Source: Setoptus koraiensis (taxonomy: Eukaryota > Animalia > Arthropoda). From it: a DNA stretch of 64,000 nt. Under the pieces are notes generated by a model. It was not told the DNA's origin, did not search any database, and saw nothing but the letters and a program-made list of their open reading frames with translations. The position numbers and the translations under genes were made by a program. Below are positions 9,443 to 21,990 of this stretch, piece by piece; position 1 is the stretch's first letter, and each line of letters opens with the position of its first letter. The stretch lies in assembly GCA_048013815.1 (NCBI GenBank), contig CM106586.1, forward strand, positions 8,060,001 to 8,124,000. The letters are read 5' to 3'.

Positions 9443-12400
9443 CGTTTTGGGCAGCTTGTCCCAGGTCTTCTTGAGCCGGTAGACGGCGCTGTTGGTGAAG
9501 GCGGCGCAAATCTGGAGCACGCCGTTGAAGTTGTGCACAACGCGACAAATGTGCGCCACATTGGCCCATTTCTCTATGATGGACACACGGCGGGCCAGTT
9601 CCGGCACACGAATTATCTCTGAGCTGACCAGGCGGCTGAGATCGTTGAAGCGCTTTGTTATGAGCAAAATGTGGGGCGCCCTGGCGGCCTTGTCCAGCTT
9701 CATCCAGGCCTGGCCGAGAAACTCCTCGCTCTTGATGGCGAGAAATATCTTGTGATCGAGATAGGTCATGCCCTCGGCAATTTCGAGCGCAGACAGCGTT
9801 TCGATGGAGTCGGGCGACGGCTTGGCCGGGGGCGCCAGCAACAGGTCCAAATCGACGCGCTGATTCACCTGTTTGCTGGCCTTGCACACCATTTGGTGCA
9901 GCTGAATGGCGGCCTTGTGCTCGGCGGGCAACAATTGGCAATCCTGAATGAGATCTATGAGAAACTCTTGGGTGGAAATGGACAATTTTGAGTTTGGCTC
10001 AAAGTCTTGCGCGTGCTTCGATATCCAGTGGCGCAGCACGCTCAGCACGCGTATAGTGGCCACTGAGCGCAAATTGATGGCCATGCCCGACGAGCCCGCC
10101 GACGCGGAGCCCGCCGCCCCGCCGGACAGTGTGCCCGCTCGGCCGGCGCGTTGACCGCCCAGCGCCAGTTGCGCCTGAGCGGCGCCCGCTGTCGCGGCCA
10201 AATTGGGCAGGCTGAACTGTACCTGTTGTTGGTGGGCGGCGGTGTGCAACCCGGACACCGGCCCGCCCACAACCGACTGCGGCCCGAAGGCGCACTGCTG
10301 CAAGTGAAAGTCGCGGTCTAGCCCGGCGCAGCTAGACAAGCGGCTGCTGGCGCGCGAATTGCACACCGACGACGCAGCAGATTGATTGATGGCAAAGGGC
10401 GTAGGATTGTAGTTGCACTGGTAGTTGTACATGTTGTTGTTGTTGTTGTTGGCAAACGGGTTGTTGATGGAGCCAGTGGAGGCGATCAGCTGTTGCTGCT
10501 GATTCATCATATTGGCCTGATTGTTGTTGTTGTGATTAGTTTGACAGTTGTTGTTGTTGTTGGCGCCAACAGAAGCGCCGGTGGCAGCGGTAAACTGTTG
10601 CTGTTGCATCATCATGTAGTGGTGATGCTGCTGGTGATGAACGCATGATGGATGGTGCTGAATCTGCTGCTGTTGCTGCTGCGCATGCTCGCTGTCCGTT
10701 GCGACAGCGCGCACTTCCGGTTGGTCGGCCGCTTGCTGCTGCTGCTGCTGTTCACCTGTTGCGCCGTGTGTCGTCGCCGCTGGCTGCTGCTGCTGCGACA
10801 GGTTGTTGCTGTTGTTATAATAGTTGTCAGCTGTTGTTTGACAGTAGCTGTTTATTTGAGCGCAATTGCACGCCATGCTGGCCTGATTATCGCCGGCCCC
10901 CGTGCCGCCCCCGGCGGCGCCGCCGCCGCCGCCGTACAAACTCTGAATGTATTGCTGTTGCTGTTGTTGCATATGTTGCAACATTTGCAATTGATGCTGG
11001 TGCTGTTGTTGCTGCTGTTGTTGCGTCAGAACAACAGCTGACAGGGGCGGTTGCGTAAGGGACGGATTGCACGAGGCCGCTGTGGCCGCGGCAAAAGCGG
11101 ACGCCGCCGAGGCCGTCGACGAGCGGCGCGTCGATGTGCGCGGCGACGACGACGTAACCACAACGCCCGCTTTGGTGGGAGTGTCGCCGCAGGCGCCCGC
11201 GCCCACCTCGCTCGCATACTGAAAACTGCTCCGGGGAGTCGTCATGCGGCTGCTCAAGGCACTTCCGCTTTGGCTCGGGCCGGCTGCCGCCGCCGCTGCC
11301 GCCACAGCGCCCGTACTGCCCACCAGGGCGGCCGCTGCAGTCATTGGCAGGGCTCCGATGCTAGACGCCGACGGCTGCTGCTGAAATGCCCTGTTAGTCT
11401 GCTGACCGCAACCGGCGGTTGCGGCGGCCGGCCGCTGCATCGACGGCAATGACGATATCAGCACCGACTTGGGCTGAGCGCCCAATTTGGCGCCAATTGC
11501 CATTTCCTGTCTCGTGGGCGCGCACTGTTGCTGTGCGACCAAACTGGCCGCGCTTGTCGCCCCGGCGGCCATGGCCGCTGTTGTCATCAACGGCCGACAG
11601 GTGGACATGGAGCGGGGCCGCAGCTTGGAGCTGCTGGCTGGCTGCTGCTGCTGTGCACTTGTCGCCGGTTGCTTGCTGGCGGCCCCAGTCGAGTTTCCGG
11701 TGGCCTCCAAAATCAGCGACATAAAGGGGTCGCGGCGGTCGAATTCGCGACTCGTCGGAGTGTTCATGCAACTGCTGCTAGTTGTGTCGGGCGTGGAGGT
11801 GCGCGAGGCCATCAACTGCTGCACTGGGGCGCCCCTGTCGAGCGATTTGTCAAGCAAATTGCCCGCGCTCGTTTGCTGCTGTTGTTGTTGTTGGTGCTGC
11901 TGTTGTGACTGTTGTTGCAGCACCTGATTGGCCGAGGACGATTGTTGGCGATTATGCAACAGTTTGGTTGCAGCGGCGGCCTGCTGATGGGGCTCCGGTT
12001 TGCTGTTGCAGGCGGACGAGGACGAGGCCGACGAGGAGCCGAACATGCTGACGGGCGATCTGTCTTGTTTGGTGGCCTTGTGGTGATCGCCGGCCAGCGT
12101 CGGGGTATTGGGCACCGTGCGGGACCCGAGCTGCCTAGTTGCCGCAGCTTGTTTGCTGTCGGTGCCAATTGAATTGAGCTGCTGCTGCTGTTGGAGATTG
12201 TTTGAATGCAATGTCAAATTTTGCTTGTTCAGCCGGCCACTGACACCACCCGTTGTGACCGCTCGAATGCTGTTCGAGGGCTCGCTGTTTGTTTGCACAC
12301 TTTGCCTTGCACTTCCGGTCAGCTTGCACGATTGCAGCTTGATGCAGCTGCTGGCCACTTGGGGCGCCACTGCCGACTCGGTTGCCTCTGGCCGCTCACG

Positions 12401-14876
12401 CAATCCCTTCAGCAGGGGCCGGTGATCGTCGTGTTTGAGCTGCTTGCGCGATTTGTGTTGATGACGGGCGCGCTCGTGGTGCCCCTTGCGGCCGGCGCCA
12501 GTGTCACCGGCAACCAGCTTGTGATGTGTATCTTTGTGATGTTTGTGTGATCTATGCCGGCGCGAAGATTGTTTCCGGTTAGCATCGTCGGACTTGTCAT
12601 GCCGATGACGACAATGACCGTGCCCATGATAATGGCGATGACGGTGCTGGTGCTGATGGTGGTGGTGGTGGTGCCTATGATGACGGTGACGCTCATGATG
12701 ACGGTGGCCATCTTTGGATAATCTGGCCGAACTCGGATCTGGCACAGTGTCCAAAGTCACGGCTTGCTCATAGTTGTTGTTGTTGTTGTCCGCCGTTGTC
12801 GCCGATGATTTGTATTTGCATAATTTATCCGCCTTCTGGCCTCTGCCGGCGTGCTTGTGATGATGGCGATGATGGTAATGATGACGGCGATGACGATGCT
12901 TGCGATGCTTGCTGTTATGTAATATCACAGTGTTGTATTGTTTGTCGGCTACCTGGCCAACCGTTGGCAACAATTTCGTCGATGAACTGTTGTCGTCGAC
13001 AAAATTGGTGCTTTTAGCATCCATTTTATCGACTATCACTGTCTGTCTGATCTTATCTCTGGTTGTTGTTGTTGTTGTTGTTGTCGACTTGCGACTTGGC
13101 GACACTGAACTGTTGTTCAATTGTTGCAACTGATAAAAGCTACAATTGTCCGCTGGGTTTTTCGGGTTGTTGTTCGTTGTCGACGACGACGACACGGACG
13201 CCGTCGATGTACTCATAATGGAGTCTTCATCGGCGGAAGTTAGATCGCCCAAATCATAATCGTCGTGCTCATCGTCGTGCGGATTAATTATTGACAACGG
13301 ATGACGATTTTTACGTAATCTGCGCGTGCTTGTTTGCAGTGATTGCAGCAGCGCTGCTGGCTGTTGTTGGTTTTCATTGCTATTCATTGCCAATGGGACG
13401 CATTTCACCTGTTTGTCTATGGACGAGTTGTCGTTGTTGTTGTTGTTGTTGTTATTATCCGTTGTGCAACAGCTAGTCGATGAAGATCTAGACGAGTCAC
13501 TGCTATCACTACTGCTACTGGTGCTACTGGTGCTGCTACTGGACATCGATGTTGAGGACGACGACGACGTCGACGAGAACAACGACGACGACGATGACGA
13601 CGAAGACAATGATGACGATGATGGGGACGAGCTTGACGACATCGACGAGTGCTCATCGACGTCACGCTCAAAACTCGAATCGGAATGCTCATCGTCGTTT
13701 GTTGCCTCTGGCCAGCCGCCGTGGGCCTCGTCATCGGCTGTCGACGAGTTTGAGGCCGAGGATGACGCAACAATGACAATATCATTAGTATTGATAGTAT
13801 GTTTTGATTTCGATTGTGGCCTCTTGCTCTTGCTGCCCGTTGCCGAGCCGCCCCCCTTTTGGCCCGCCGCTCTCCTCCGGCCGCTCCGCTGTCTGGCCTG
13901 CTGTTTGCGGTCTGTCGCGGGCCGGTTGCCGTCGGGCCGGTTTTGTCTGTCAACGCTTGTCTTGTTGCCGGTGTGTTGTTGTCTGTTTGCTGTTGTTGTT
14001 GTCGTCCTCTCACTCGCATCGTCCGCATCATCGTATGCAAATTGATCGCTTGCTCTGTCAACTAATGTCAAACTGGCCAGCTTGCTGTCGCCATCTATGG
14101 GCGTGCTGGCGGGAACCGTGGGCATCTTGACCATGAGATAATCGCCGCTCAAGTCGAAGCTAATGTCCAATTGATGCTGCTGCTGCTGCTGCGGTCCTAA
14201 GTCGAATGTGTCTGAAGGCGATAGTGGCGATAGTGGCGACATTGGTTGTTGGTGTAGGAAATTTGAATCAGAATTTGAAGTAAACATATTGGCCGCAATG
14301 GTTGCTGGATCTGTTGTTTGGTGTAACTGTGTGTCGCTCAGCGCACTGCTCTGCTGATCGATAGATGGAGCCACGGTAAGCGACAAAATTGGGGCCGCCG
14401 ACGCTCGTCGCCTCGACTGCGCAATGCTCAGGTGATTTGTTATTGTTTGGGGCTGCTGCTGTTGTTGTTGTTGCGTTGTTTTGTCACTGCAATTATCAAC
14501 CTGCAATTGATTGACGTTGCCATCTGCTGTTGTTTGGAATTTTTTGTAACTCAAGCGCCAGTGGTCCGCTTGTTGTTGTTGCTGTTGTTGTTGTTGTTCG
14601 TCGTCGTCCGTTGGCGACTTCAACAGCGGCGCACTGATTTGCAAATCTTGCTCCGAACACGAGTCGTCATAGACAATGTCGTTGGCGCGTTGCTGTTGTC
14701 TGTCGTGGTTGTTGTCATTGGTTGTTGAGTTGCTGCTGTTTGTTGTTGTTTGCTGGTTGTACGACGATATGTTGCTGGCCGACGACGACGTCGAGCCCGT
14801 TATTGGGGTCAACGTTATCACTGTGGATCTTCGCTTTTGGTTGCTGGGCACGGTCAGTTGAGCTATAAGTTGGCTC

Positions 14877-14919
<43 letters not shown>

Positions 14920-15833
14920 GCTGTTGCTGCTGCTGCTGTTGTTGCTGTTGTTGTTGCTGCTGCTGCTGTTCCCTGGTGGACAGCGTCGAAGACGATGACG
15001 AGCACAACCTCACCTTGCCAGCTTGATTGGTGCTGTTATTATCTTTGTTTGGCTGATCTGTTTGTCTGGCGGGTTGCTCATTAGTGGCGGACGTTGGACT
15101 TGCCTGCTGGCTCGACGACAGCTGACCGGATATTGGCGATCTGTTGCTGCTCGTGGCTGCCAGCGTCTGATTAGTGGCGGCTTGATTGGCTGAGCTGGAC
15201 GGCGACACAATCGACATGGAATGGCTGCTTCTGGGCGGTTGCGGTAACGGTCGGGGTTGTCGGGTGGGGCCCGCTGTTGAGCCGCTCGGCTCAACTTGGT
15301 TCTGGTGATGCTCACTTGGGGGCTGTTGTTGTTGGCATGCCAATAAATTAGTTGCATCAGCTGCTGTTGTTGTTGTTGTTGCAAAATTGTTGGCCGACGA
15401 CGAGGCCGACATAGGCTTGCTGTTATCACTGGCTGTTGGCGCTTGTTGTTGCTGCTGCTGCTGTTGTTGCTGCTGTTGCTGGCTCAAGCTCGACGGCGAC
15501 ACTGTCGAGGCATTGTTGTTGTTGGTGTTGTTGCTCATGTTGTTGGCGATGCTGTTGCTGTTGGCGGCGGACAACGACGAGTTGCGCTGGTTGTAGTAAC
15601 GGTCGGCGTGATAGTGCACACTCTTCAGGGCCTCCAAAACGTCCACGGCCGTCGTGAATACCCTGTAGGTGAGCAGAAATGTGTTTAGAAAATCTATTGA
15701 CAAAAATCTAAGATCCGTTAGCCGTTCGAATAAGCGCTCCTTGCTGGCGTAACGAATCTGGGGCAATTTGCAGCTATTCAAAGCTCGGCTGAACTTGATG
15801 TCCACATCGTCCTTGTGAAGACGTGGATCGCTC
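9443..15833 (-). CDS. RasGRF: RasGRF exon 9 (6,391 bp): split REM domain and N-terminal part of CDC25
   Basis: CAG acceptor (15836-15834), phase 2; donor GTAAGC at 9442, phase 0. It contains DVDIKFSRALNSCKLPQIRYASKERLFERLTDLRFLSIDFLNTFLLTYRVF (REM-N), ATIRVLSVLRHWISKHAQDFE (REM-C) and EIAEGMTYLDH...FNGVLQICAAFTNSAVYRLKKTW (CDC25). Confidence 0.96.
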
Positions 15834-16052
15834 CTGATTTGTTAATTCGCGATATTCATTCGTGGTATTCATTCGCGAATAGACCATAGTGCATAGTTGG
15901 GATGCGTAATTGTGCATAGTGAGGGCATGGCGGATAATCAGGATATTTAGATATTAGATATTTACTTGTGGACAGTCGTGGATATAGATAGCTGTAGATG
16001 AATTTCTAGGGTGGCCAGAAATGACCGAAAGGGTGAATAGTGGGGCACTTAC

Positions 16053-16135
16053 TGGACAGATTGGCTCATGGTGATGGATGACGAATCGTTGACTGTTCCG
16101 TGAAAGAAATCGTTGAAATGGACGTTGTCTATGCA
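16053..16135 (-). CDS. RasGRF: RasGRF exon 8 (PH2-REM junction)
   Basis: TACAG acceptor, GTAAGT donor at 16052, phase 0/2. CIDNVHFNDFF continues AWMSDISQ, matching RasGRF ...DISQCVDN. Confidence 0.9.
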
Positions 16136-16362
16136 CTGTAAATAACGACAACAATCAACATTGGCCCAGTAGAATGAATGCATCCAAAATTCATTCATTC
16201 GCGTACATCGATCCATTGGAAGGGAGACAATCAATTAGTTAGTGGTCAGTTTGCGGGAGATGTCGGTTTTGGGGAGTTATCGATTTTAGGGAGATATAGT
16301 GGTAACATTTAAATGGATATAATGACAAAGAATAAAGCGATTGACAGCGAACGCGAGCGAAC

Positions 16363-18618
16363 CTTGTTGGAGAGAAACTTGTCGGGATTCTTGATAGAAT
16401 CATACAATTGTTTGACGCTGTCAACACTAGAGTTGCTATTGTTTATGTAGCTACTATGATGCTGGTCATAGTGATACCGATGATTGTAATAATTGTATTT
16501 CTTTCTGTGCACTGCGCCCCTAGCGGCCAGGCCGCCGCCACTGGCGCTGTCACTAAAATTGTCATAATTATCGTTAGACATGGAATTGAATAGTGTATTC
16601 CTGAAAGTATTGTGACAATTATTGTAATTCTGCTGCTTTGCTTGTTTGCCCGTATATGTCATCATCATACGCGGGCTTGTATCACTGCTAGCCACCGTTT
16701 GGGGCGCGCTGCAATCTAAGCTAGACTTAAAATTTAAATTATTATAATAATTTTGGTTGTTGTCATGACTGGCGCTGTCGAAATTATTATCTGCCGACGT
16801 CGGTTGCTGGCACGACGACGACGACAGCAAGTATTTGCATTTTTGCGACAATGTTGTGCTAGTTTTGCTGGTGGCAAGCTGGTGCTTTTGATAATTGGAC
16901 TCTTGGTAATTGTCGGCGCCAGTGTCAATATTGAGACTGCCCGTAGAGCTATTCCTATAATGAGCTTGCATTCTGATATTATGCAACGAGCCCTTGTTTG
17001 CAGCCCCGTGTTTGTGGGCCCCGGCGACATGTCGTCGAGCGGCGCCTATGTCTATGTTGTCGATGCTGTTGCTATTGGCAACTAGCTTGCTGCTATTATT
17101 ATTATTATTATTATTATTATTGTTGTGCTGTTGTTGATTCGTTAATTTTTTGCTCATTGTCAACATGGAGGCCGCATAACTGCCCAGTGTCTTTGCCACA
17201 GAGCTAGTGGTCTTGCCAACGTGCCTAGACGACAATTGCTTTTTGGCCGGCGTGCCCTGATGCTGCAATTGTTGTTTGTTGTAATCGTTGTCTAGACTGC
17301 CCGTGAATTGTCTTATTTGCAACCTGTCGCGATAATCCGACAGTCGGTTGTTGTTGTTGTGCTGATAAGCGGGCTCGTAGTCAAGCGAAAAGCGCTCGCC
17401 GCAATACGTGCCCGAGCGGTGATGTTGCTTGGGCAACAGGGCCAGCTCAAACGAGCAATTATCTCTGTCTATTTGCATTTGCACGCTGCCACATTGCGCC
17501 TTGTTTTCGTACAGCCCGTTGCGGTACTGGCGCCGGTGGCCCAAGCGGCGCCGTCTTCTCACTTGCTTCTGCTCGCCCGCTTGGCCCGGCTCGCCCGGTG
17601 AGTTTGTTGCGGGAGCGACGGGCGTGGCCGCGGCGGCCGACGGACCGCTGACCGGATCGGCCGTCGACTCTAAACTGTCGAGACGGGCCGCCGAGTCCGT
17701 GCGGCCCACTAACGCACTCTCGACTGGCTCAAGATCGGCCCCTGCTGCGGGGCCCCGTTGCGAGCCCGTGCTGCGGTCGTCCATTTGCTGCTGCTGCTGC
17801 TTCTGGTCGTCGTCATTATTATCATTATTTTGCAAACTCAAACTGTCGCTGGCGTTGCTGTCGCATTTGCTGCTCAGTCCGCCAGGCGGCTGCTGCTGGC
17901 CGCTCGCGCCAACTTCCGACGCGGGCTGGCGCGACTTCCGACCCGAGCTGGCGCTCGGGCCGGCGCTCGGCGGCCGGTCCGAAGTGTGGTGCGAGGGCCG
18001 CTTCGAACTCGAAGGCAAATTGTTGGACGATGTCGATAGCGAGGCGCACGACAGCGAGCTCGTTGATGAGGCACTGCGAGGCGAAGATGACGACGATGAA
18101 GTTTGTCGCTGCTGCTGCTTGTCATCGGCTGCGTATGACATTGGCTGGGGCCGGGGCCGGGGCCGGGGCCTCACTTGTCCACTGACGACTTGTTTGTTTT
18201 GGCTGCCAAGGGCAGCGGCAGTGGCAGCGCCAGTGGCCGCTGTCAGTCGCTGCTGCAACTCATCGCTAGTGGCTGTCATTGTCAGCTGATTGCTGCTGTC
18301 AATTAATGGCACACACTGACCACTAGGTGGCATCTCTGGCTGGTCATCACAAGCAAAATTATTGCTGTTATTATTGCTGCTGTTACTTTTACTTTTACTA
18401 TTACTGTCGCTGTTGTTGTTGTCGCTTTTACTTTTACTGTCGCTGTTGTTGTCGCTGTTGTTGTTGTTGTTGCTGCTGTTGTTGCTGTTGTCGTTTGGCC
18501 GCTTTGTCGGCGCGTGGAAATTGTTTTGCTCGCGCCGAGCCAACGGTAAGTCACTGCGACTGTCAACTGGGGCCGCTGTAAAACTATTGCTGTTGTCGTC
18601 TACATGCTCTTGTGACAT
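16363..18618 (-). CDS. Putative alternative first coding exon of a short RasGRF isoform (752 codons; alternatively a nested 769-aa single-exon gene ending at 16309)
   Basis: The ORF lies on the same strand inside intron 7, with ATG at 18618 (A at -3) and an in-frame TAG 55 nt upstream. AAG|GTTCGC at 16363/16362 is a phase-0 donor matching the phase-0 exon 8 acceptor 227 nt away. Confidence 0.6.
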
Positions 18619-18783
18619 GTTCACATATTTATGTTTTGTGCTTGTGCTGGCCGGCGCCGATTTCTTGGCCCGCTATTGGGGCCCGCTCACAGGCTGCCGC
18701 TGGCTGGCCGAACTGGTGCGATATGGCGCCAGTGATTGTTGTTGTTGTCGTTGTTTGTTGTGTGCGTTTATATTTTGCGTCGT

Positions 18784-18892
18784 ATTGCGTAATATTGCTG
18801 CTATTGCGTAATATTGCTGCAATTGCGTAATAGTGCGTACTGACTGAGTGCTTGCGCTGGCCGGCCAGCCAGTTACGTACACGTTACGTAAC
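18784..18892. promoter_or_regulatory. C/EBP / PAR-bZIP-like site cluster upstream of the intronic ORF
   Basis: ATTGCGTAAT (reverse complement ATTACGCAAT) at 18784, 18803 and 18822; GTTACGTAC at 18872; GTTACGTAAC at 18883. Confidence 0.35.
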
Positions 18893-19704
18893 TGACCCGT
18901 ACTCGTTTGGGCCTGACCTAATCTAGTGTGTCCATTACATAATCGATTTTGCGATGATGCGATGCGGCCGCCATTGTGCGGCACTGTCTAATGCTGCTGC
19001 TGCTGCTGCTGCTGCGATTGTGTGAGAAAAATAATAATGGACGGCAGTCGACAATGCAACGCGCCGATCCGAATGGCCCCCATTAGCTGGCTCGCTGTGC
19101 GAAATTTATCGTGTGTGTGTGTGTGTGCGCTGAAAGACTGACAAAATTGGCAAGACCGGCGATAGACTGGGCGCGAGTTATGCCAGCGACTGAGTGTATT
19201 TTAAAGTAACAATCTCCACAACAGCTCGCTCGCTCGCTCGTTGGCTCGCTGCTCCAATTTCAGCCATCTTTGTTACGTCTTTCTTTGCGCATCCCGCAAA
19301 CGCACACACGCACAGGCACTGGCTGGCTGTCGGGGGCCCCGCGACAGCGCCAGCACAAGCGCTGTCGCGCCGCTGATGAGGGCCCCCGTTAGTCGATAGT
19401 TGCTGGCACGAGCAACTGTATAATGGCTGTATGATGGCAGCGGCACTGGCTGGCTGGCTGGCAATGCATGAATAGTCGCGCACACACACACACACACACG
19501 CGCGCGCCAGCACAAGGGCTGCGGATAAGCGTGCGGATAAAAAGTGGGGCCCCAGAAGCGAGCCCGGCTCAGTTTGGGGGCCTCACTTGTGCGTGGCGGG
19601 CAAGCCACAGCAGCGCTAGTGGGCGCACGATAACGCGCACACACGCACGCACACGCCCAGAGGGACCAGATTCGGCAGCCGATGATGCAGCGATCGGCGC
19701 GCGC

Positions 19705-19770
19705 CCGAATCTGGGGCCCGCCGAATTGGGGCCCGCCGAATTTGGGCCCGCCGAATTGGGGCCCAGCGAA
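19705..19770. repeat. 15-bp minisatellite x4 (GCCGAATTGGGGCCC)
   Basis: Tandem units read directly. Confidence 0.85.
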
Positions 19771-21147
19771 CGCGAATCGCGTTCGCTCGGCTGCAATCAG
19801 ACAAATCGCGAGACGCGCGACATGCGAGCGGGCGCCGCCAGTTCGGGCACCGCGCTCGGCGGGCCCCGATTCGGCGTGGCGCATGGCGCCTCTATATAAT
19901 CGTTTGGTGCACACACCATCTATCAATGCACCAGCCAGCCAGCCAGACAGACGAAAGATAACGCCTGGCTGTGCGCGCCGGCCAATATTATAAGCTTAGC
20001 CAATCACAAACAACAGCAACGGCAACAATAACAACAACAGCGACAGCAACGGCAACAACGACAACAGCGCCAACGACAACAACAACAACAACAACAAAAC
20101 GGTAGCTGGCGCAAAGCTGGCATGCAGCGTATAAACGGTTTATTTTATCGGCTTATCCCGCGCTCGCAGCCAGCCGCACACTGACGGCCGGCCCGCCAGG
20201 TGAGCCAGCCGGCGCCGGCCAGGTAAATCCTAGCGCAACTATTGCCGCTAACTAACTTTTGTCTGCCGCAGCCGCCGCCGCTTCTGTTCAGCGGAATCCG
20301 CTGGCACTGGCTGTTGGCCGGTGTTAGCGGGCCGGCTCGGCGCCCGCTGCCAAACTGCCAACTAAACACGCACACCGCCAGTGACCGCTTACATGGCTGC
20401 GTACGGCCCGTTGGCTGGCTAACGGTCTGGGTGACGGGCCGCGTAATGGGCCGCGCAGCGGTCCGCGTGACGCCAGGTTGTGTGACGGGTTAGCTGGAAA
20501 TTTTCCGTGGAAAAGGGCACCCAAATAGGGGGCCAACTCGGGCCAGTACAAGCCACGATCGCTGCAATATTATCCGGGTGCGCGGCGTACAACGCCGCGG
20601 ATAATATATAACGACGCGCCGAGGACGACACATAGCGAAACATTCGGGCGCATAGCGAGCCGCTATTAGCGACATGTAGCGACACATGGCGACGTGCAGC
20701 GACATGCGGCCACATGCAACGACCGCTCGGGCACGGGCCGGCGGCAATATTATATAGATTATTATTTTTTTATGGAGCCGCCATAACATATCTCGCTGCA
20801 TCATTTTGAGCGGCTCACTTCCAATGCTAATCAACCTGTTCCGATCTGGTCCCTCGCCAGGCCACCTGTTTACTGAACAGCGTTTGGGTGAGCCTCACGA
20901 ACCGTGCAACGCCGACCGGAAACGATTGCGCGATGCCCGCCAGAGACAATGGGCCCCCCGTCAGGTGATAGCGCACTGTTTTGCAGGCAAACAGTGAAAA
21001 TTGCACTGTAGAATAGACAAAAGATCGAAATAGTAGAAACAAACGGATCGAAATAGCACTGATAATTGAAATATTACAATTATAATTATGGATGTGACAT
21101 TACAAATATAGTGATAATAATAGTCGTGATATTTGAAATATTATATA

Positions 21148-21881
21148 CACTGGTGGAAACAACAGATTCCGCTGTATCTCGGCTTCTATAATCGCTAGGC
21201 CTTTGAATTTTTCGCACTCACTTCTTGGTGTACCGATGTAATTTTGTTCGAAATTGGGTTCGATTCTGTTTAGTTTTCTCCGAGTTATTTAGAAAATTGA
21301 TACTTTTGGGTTAGGCCGAATGGAAGAAACAAATTCCGCATGAACTTTGAGCCAACAATTTCAAACAGAAATTCAACAAAACTTTAATATTTAGTGATGT
21401 CTCCTTTCAACTGGATGACATCTAACAACGGACGAGGGATAGAGTTCCTTAGACCGACTAGTTTGTCTCTCTCATTCTCATTTATATCTGCGATCGCCGC
21501 TTGGATGGCGAGCCACAAATCTTTTTTTTTAATGGCAACTGAATCTCGATCATACACTTTTGAAGAGATCATGTGCCAACAGTTCTCGATGATATTCAAA
21601 TCTGGGTTCTTGGATGGCCACTCCATCACACTTAACCCGACTTAGTCCATCCAATCAAGCGATTCAGCCGATACATGAATCGTCGCATTGTCTTGTTGAA
21701 AAATGTAATCTTCATCAGAAGTTGCGTCCAAGATGGGCTTCATCTCTGTCCTTAGGAATTTGATGTAATCTTTTGATTGGGATCGCTGATGAAGCTGAAA
21801 TACGACCAAACAATGATTAGGCATCAACATAGCCCATTTAGACATTGCCTCCACCTTGTTGTCGGTTGTTTCTCACCAGTG
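21148..21881 (-). mobile_element. Internally deleted Tc1/mariner (DD34E, Tc3-like) DNA transposon, 734 bp
   Basis: Inverted ends CACTGGTG-GAAACAAC (21148) and CACTGGTGAGAAACAAC (reverse complement, ending 21881), each flanked by TA. The interior encodes the transposase C-terminus, from QQDNATIHVS to WPSKNPDLNIIENCW, with 34 residues between D and E. Confidence 0.9.
21384..21860 (-). pseudogene. Tc1/Tc3-like transposase remnant
   Basis: QQGGGNV is followed by a frameshift into WAMLMPN...; there is an in-frame TAA at 21644-21642. The HTH DNA-binding domain and first catalytic D are absent. Confidence 0.88.
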
Positions 21882-21990
21882 TAAATTATATATTATTACC
21901 CCTGTACTGCTGACGCGCAATGTACGCTGGCCAGCAGGGGATCTTCTGGAAAATTCGGAAGAGGCCTTCTGACGGCCGTTCACGGGTACC

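Noticed and set aside
15-18811. Numerous plus-strand ORFs rich in poly-L, poly-V or poly-C (e.g. 3345-4238, 8214-8723, 13326-14045, 17429-18289)
   Set aside because: They are antisense or off-frame shadows of CAA/CAG/AAC triplet tracts in the real minus-strand coding regions; no domain signal.
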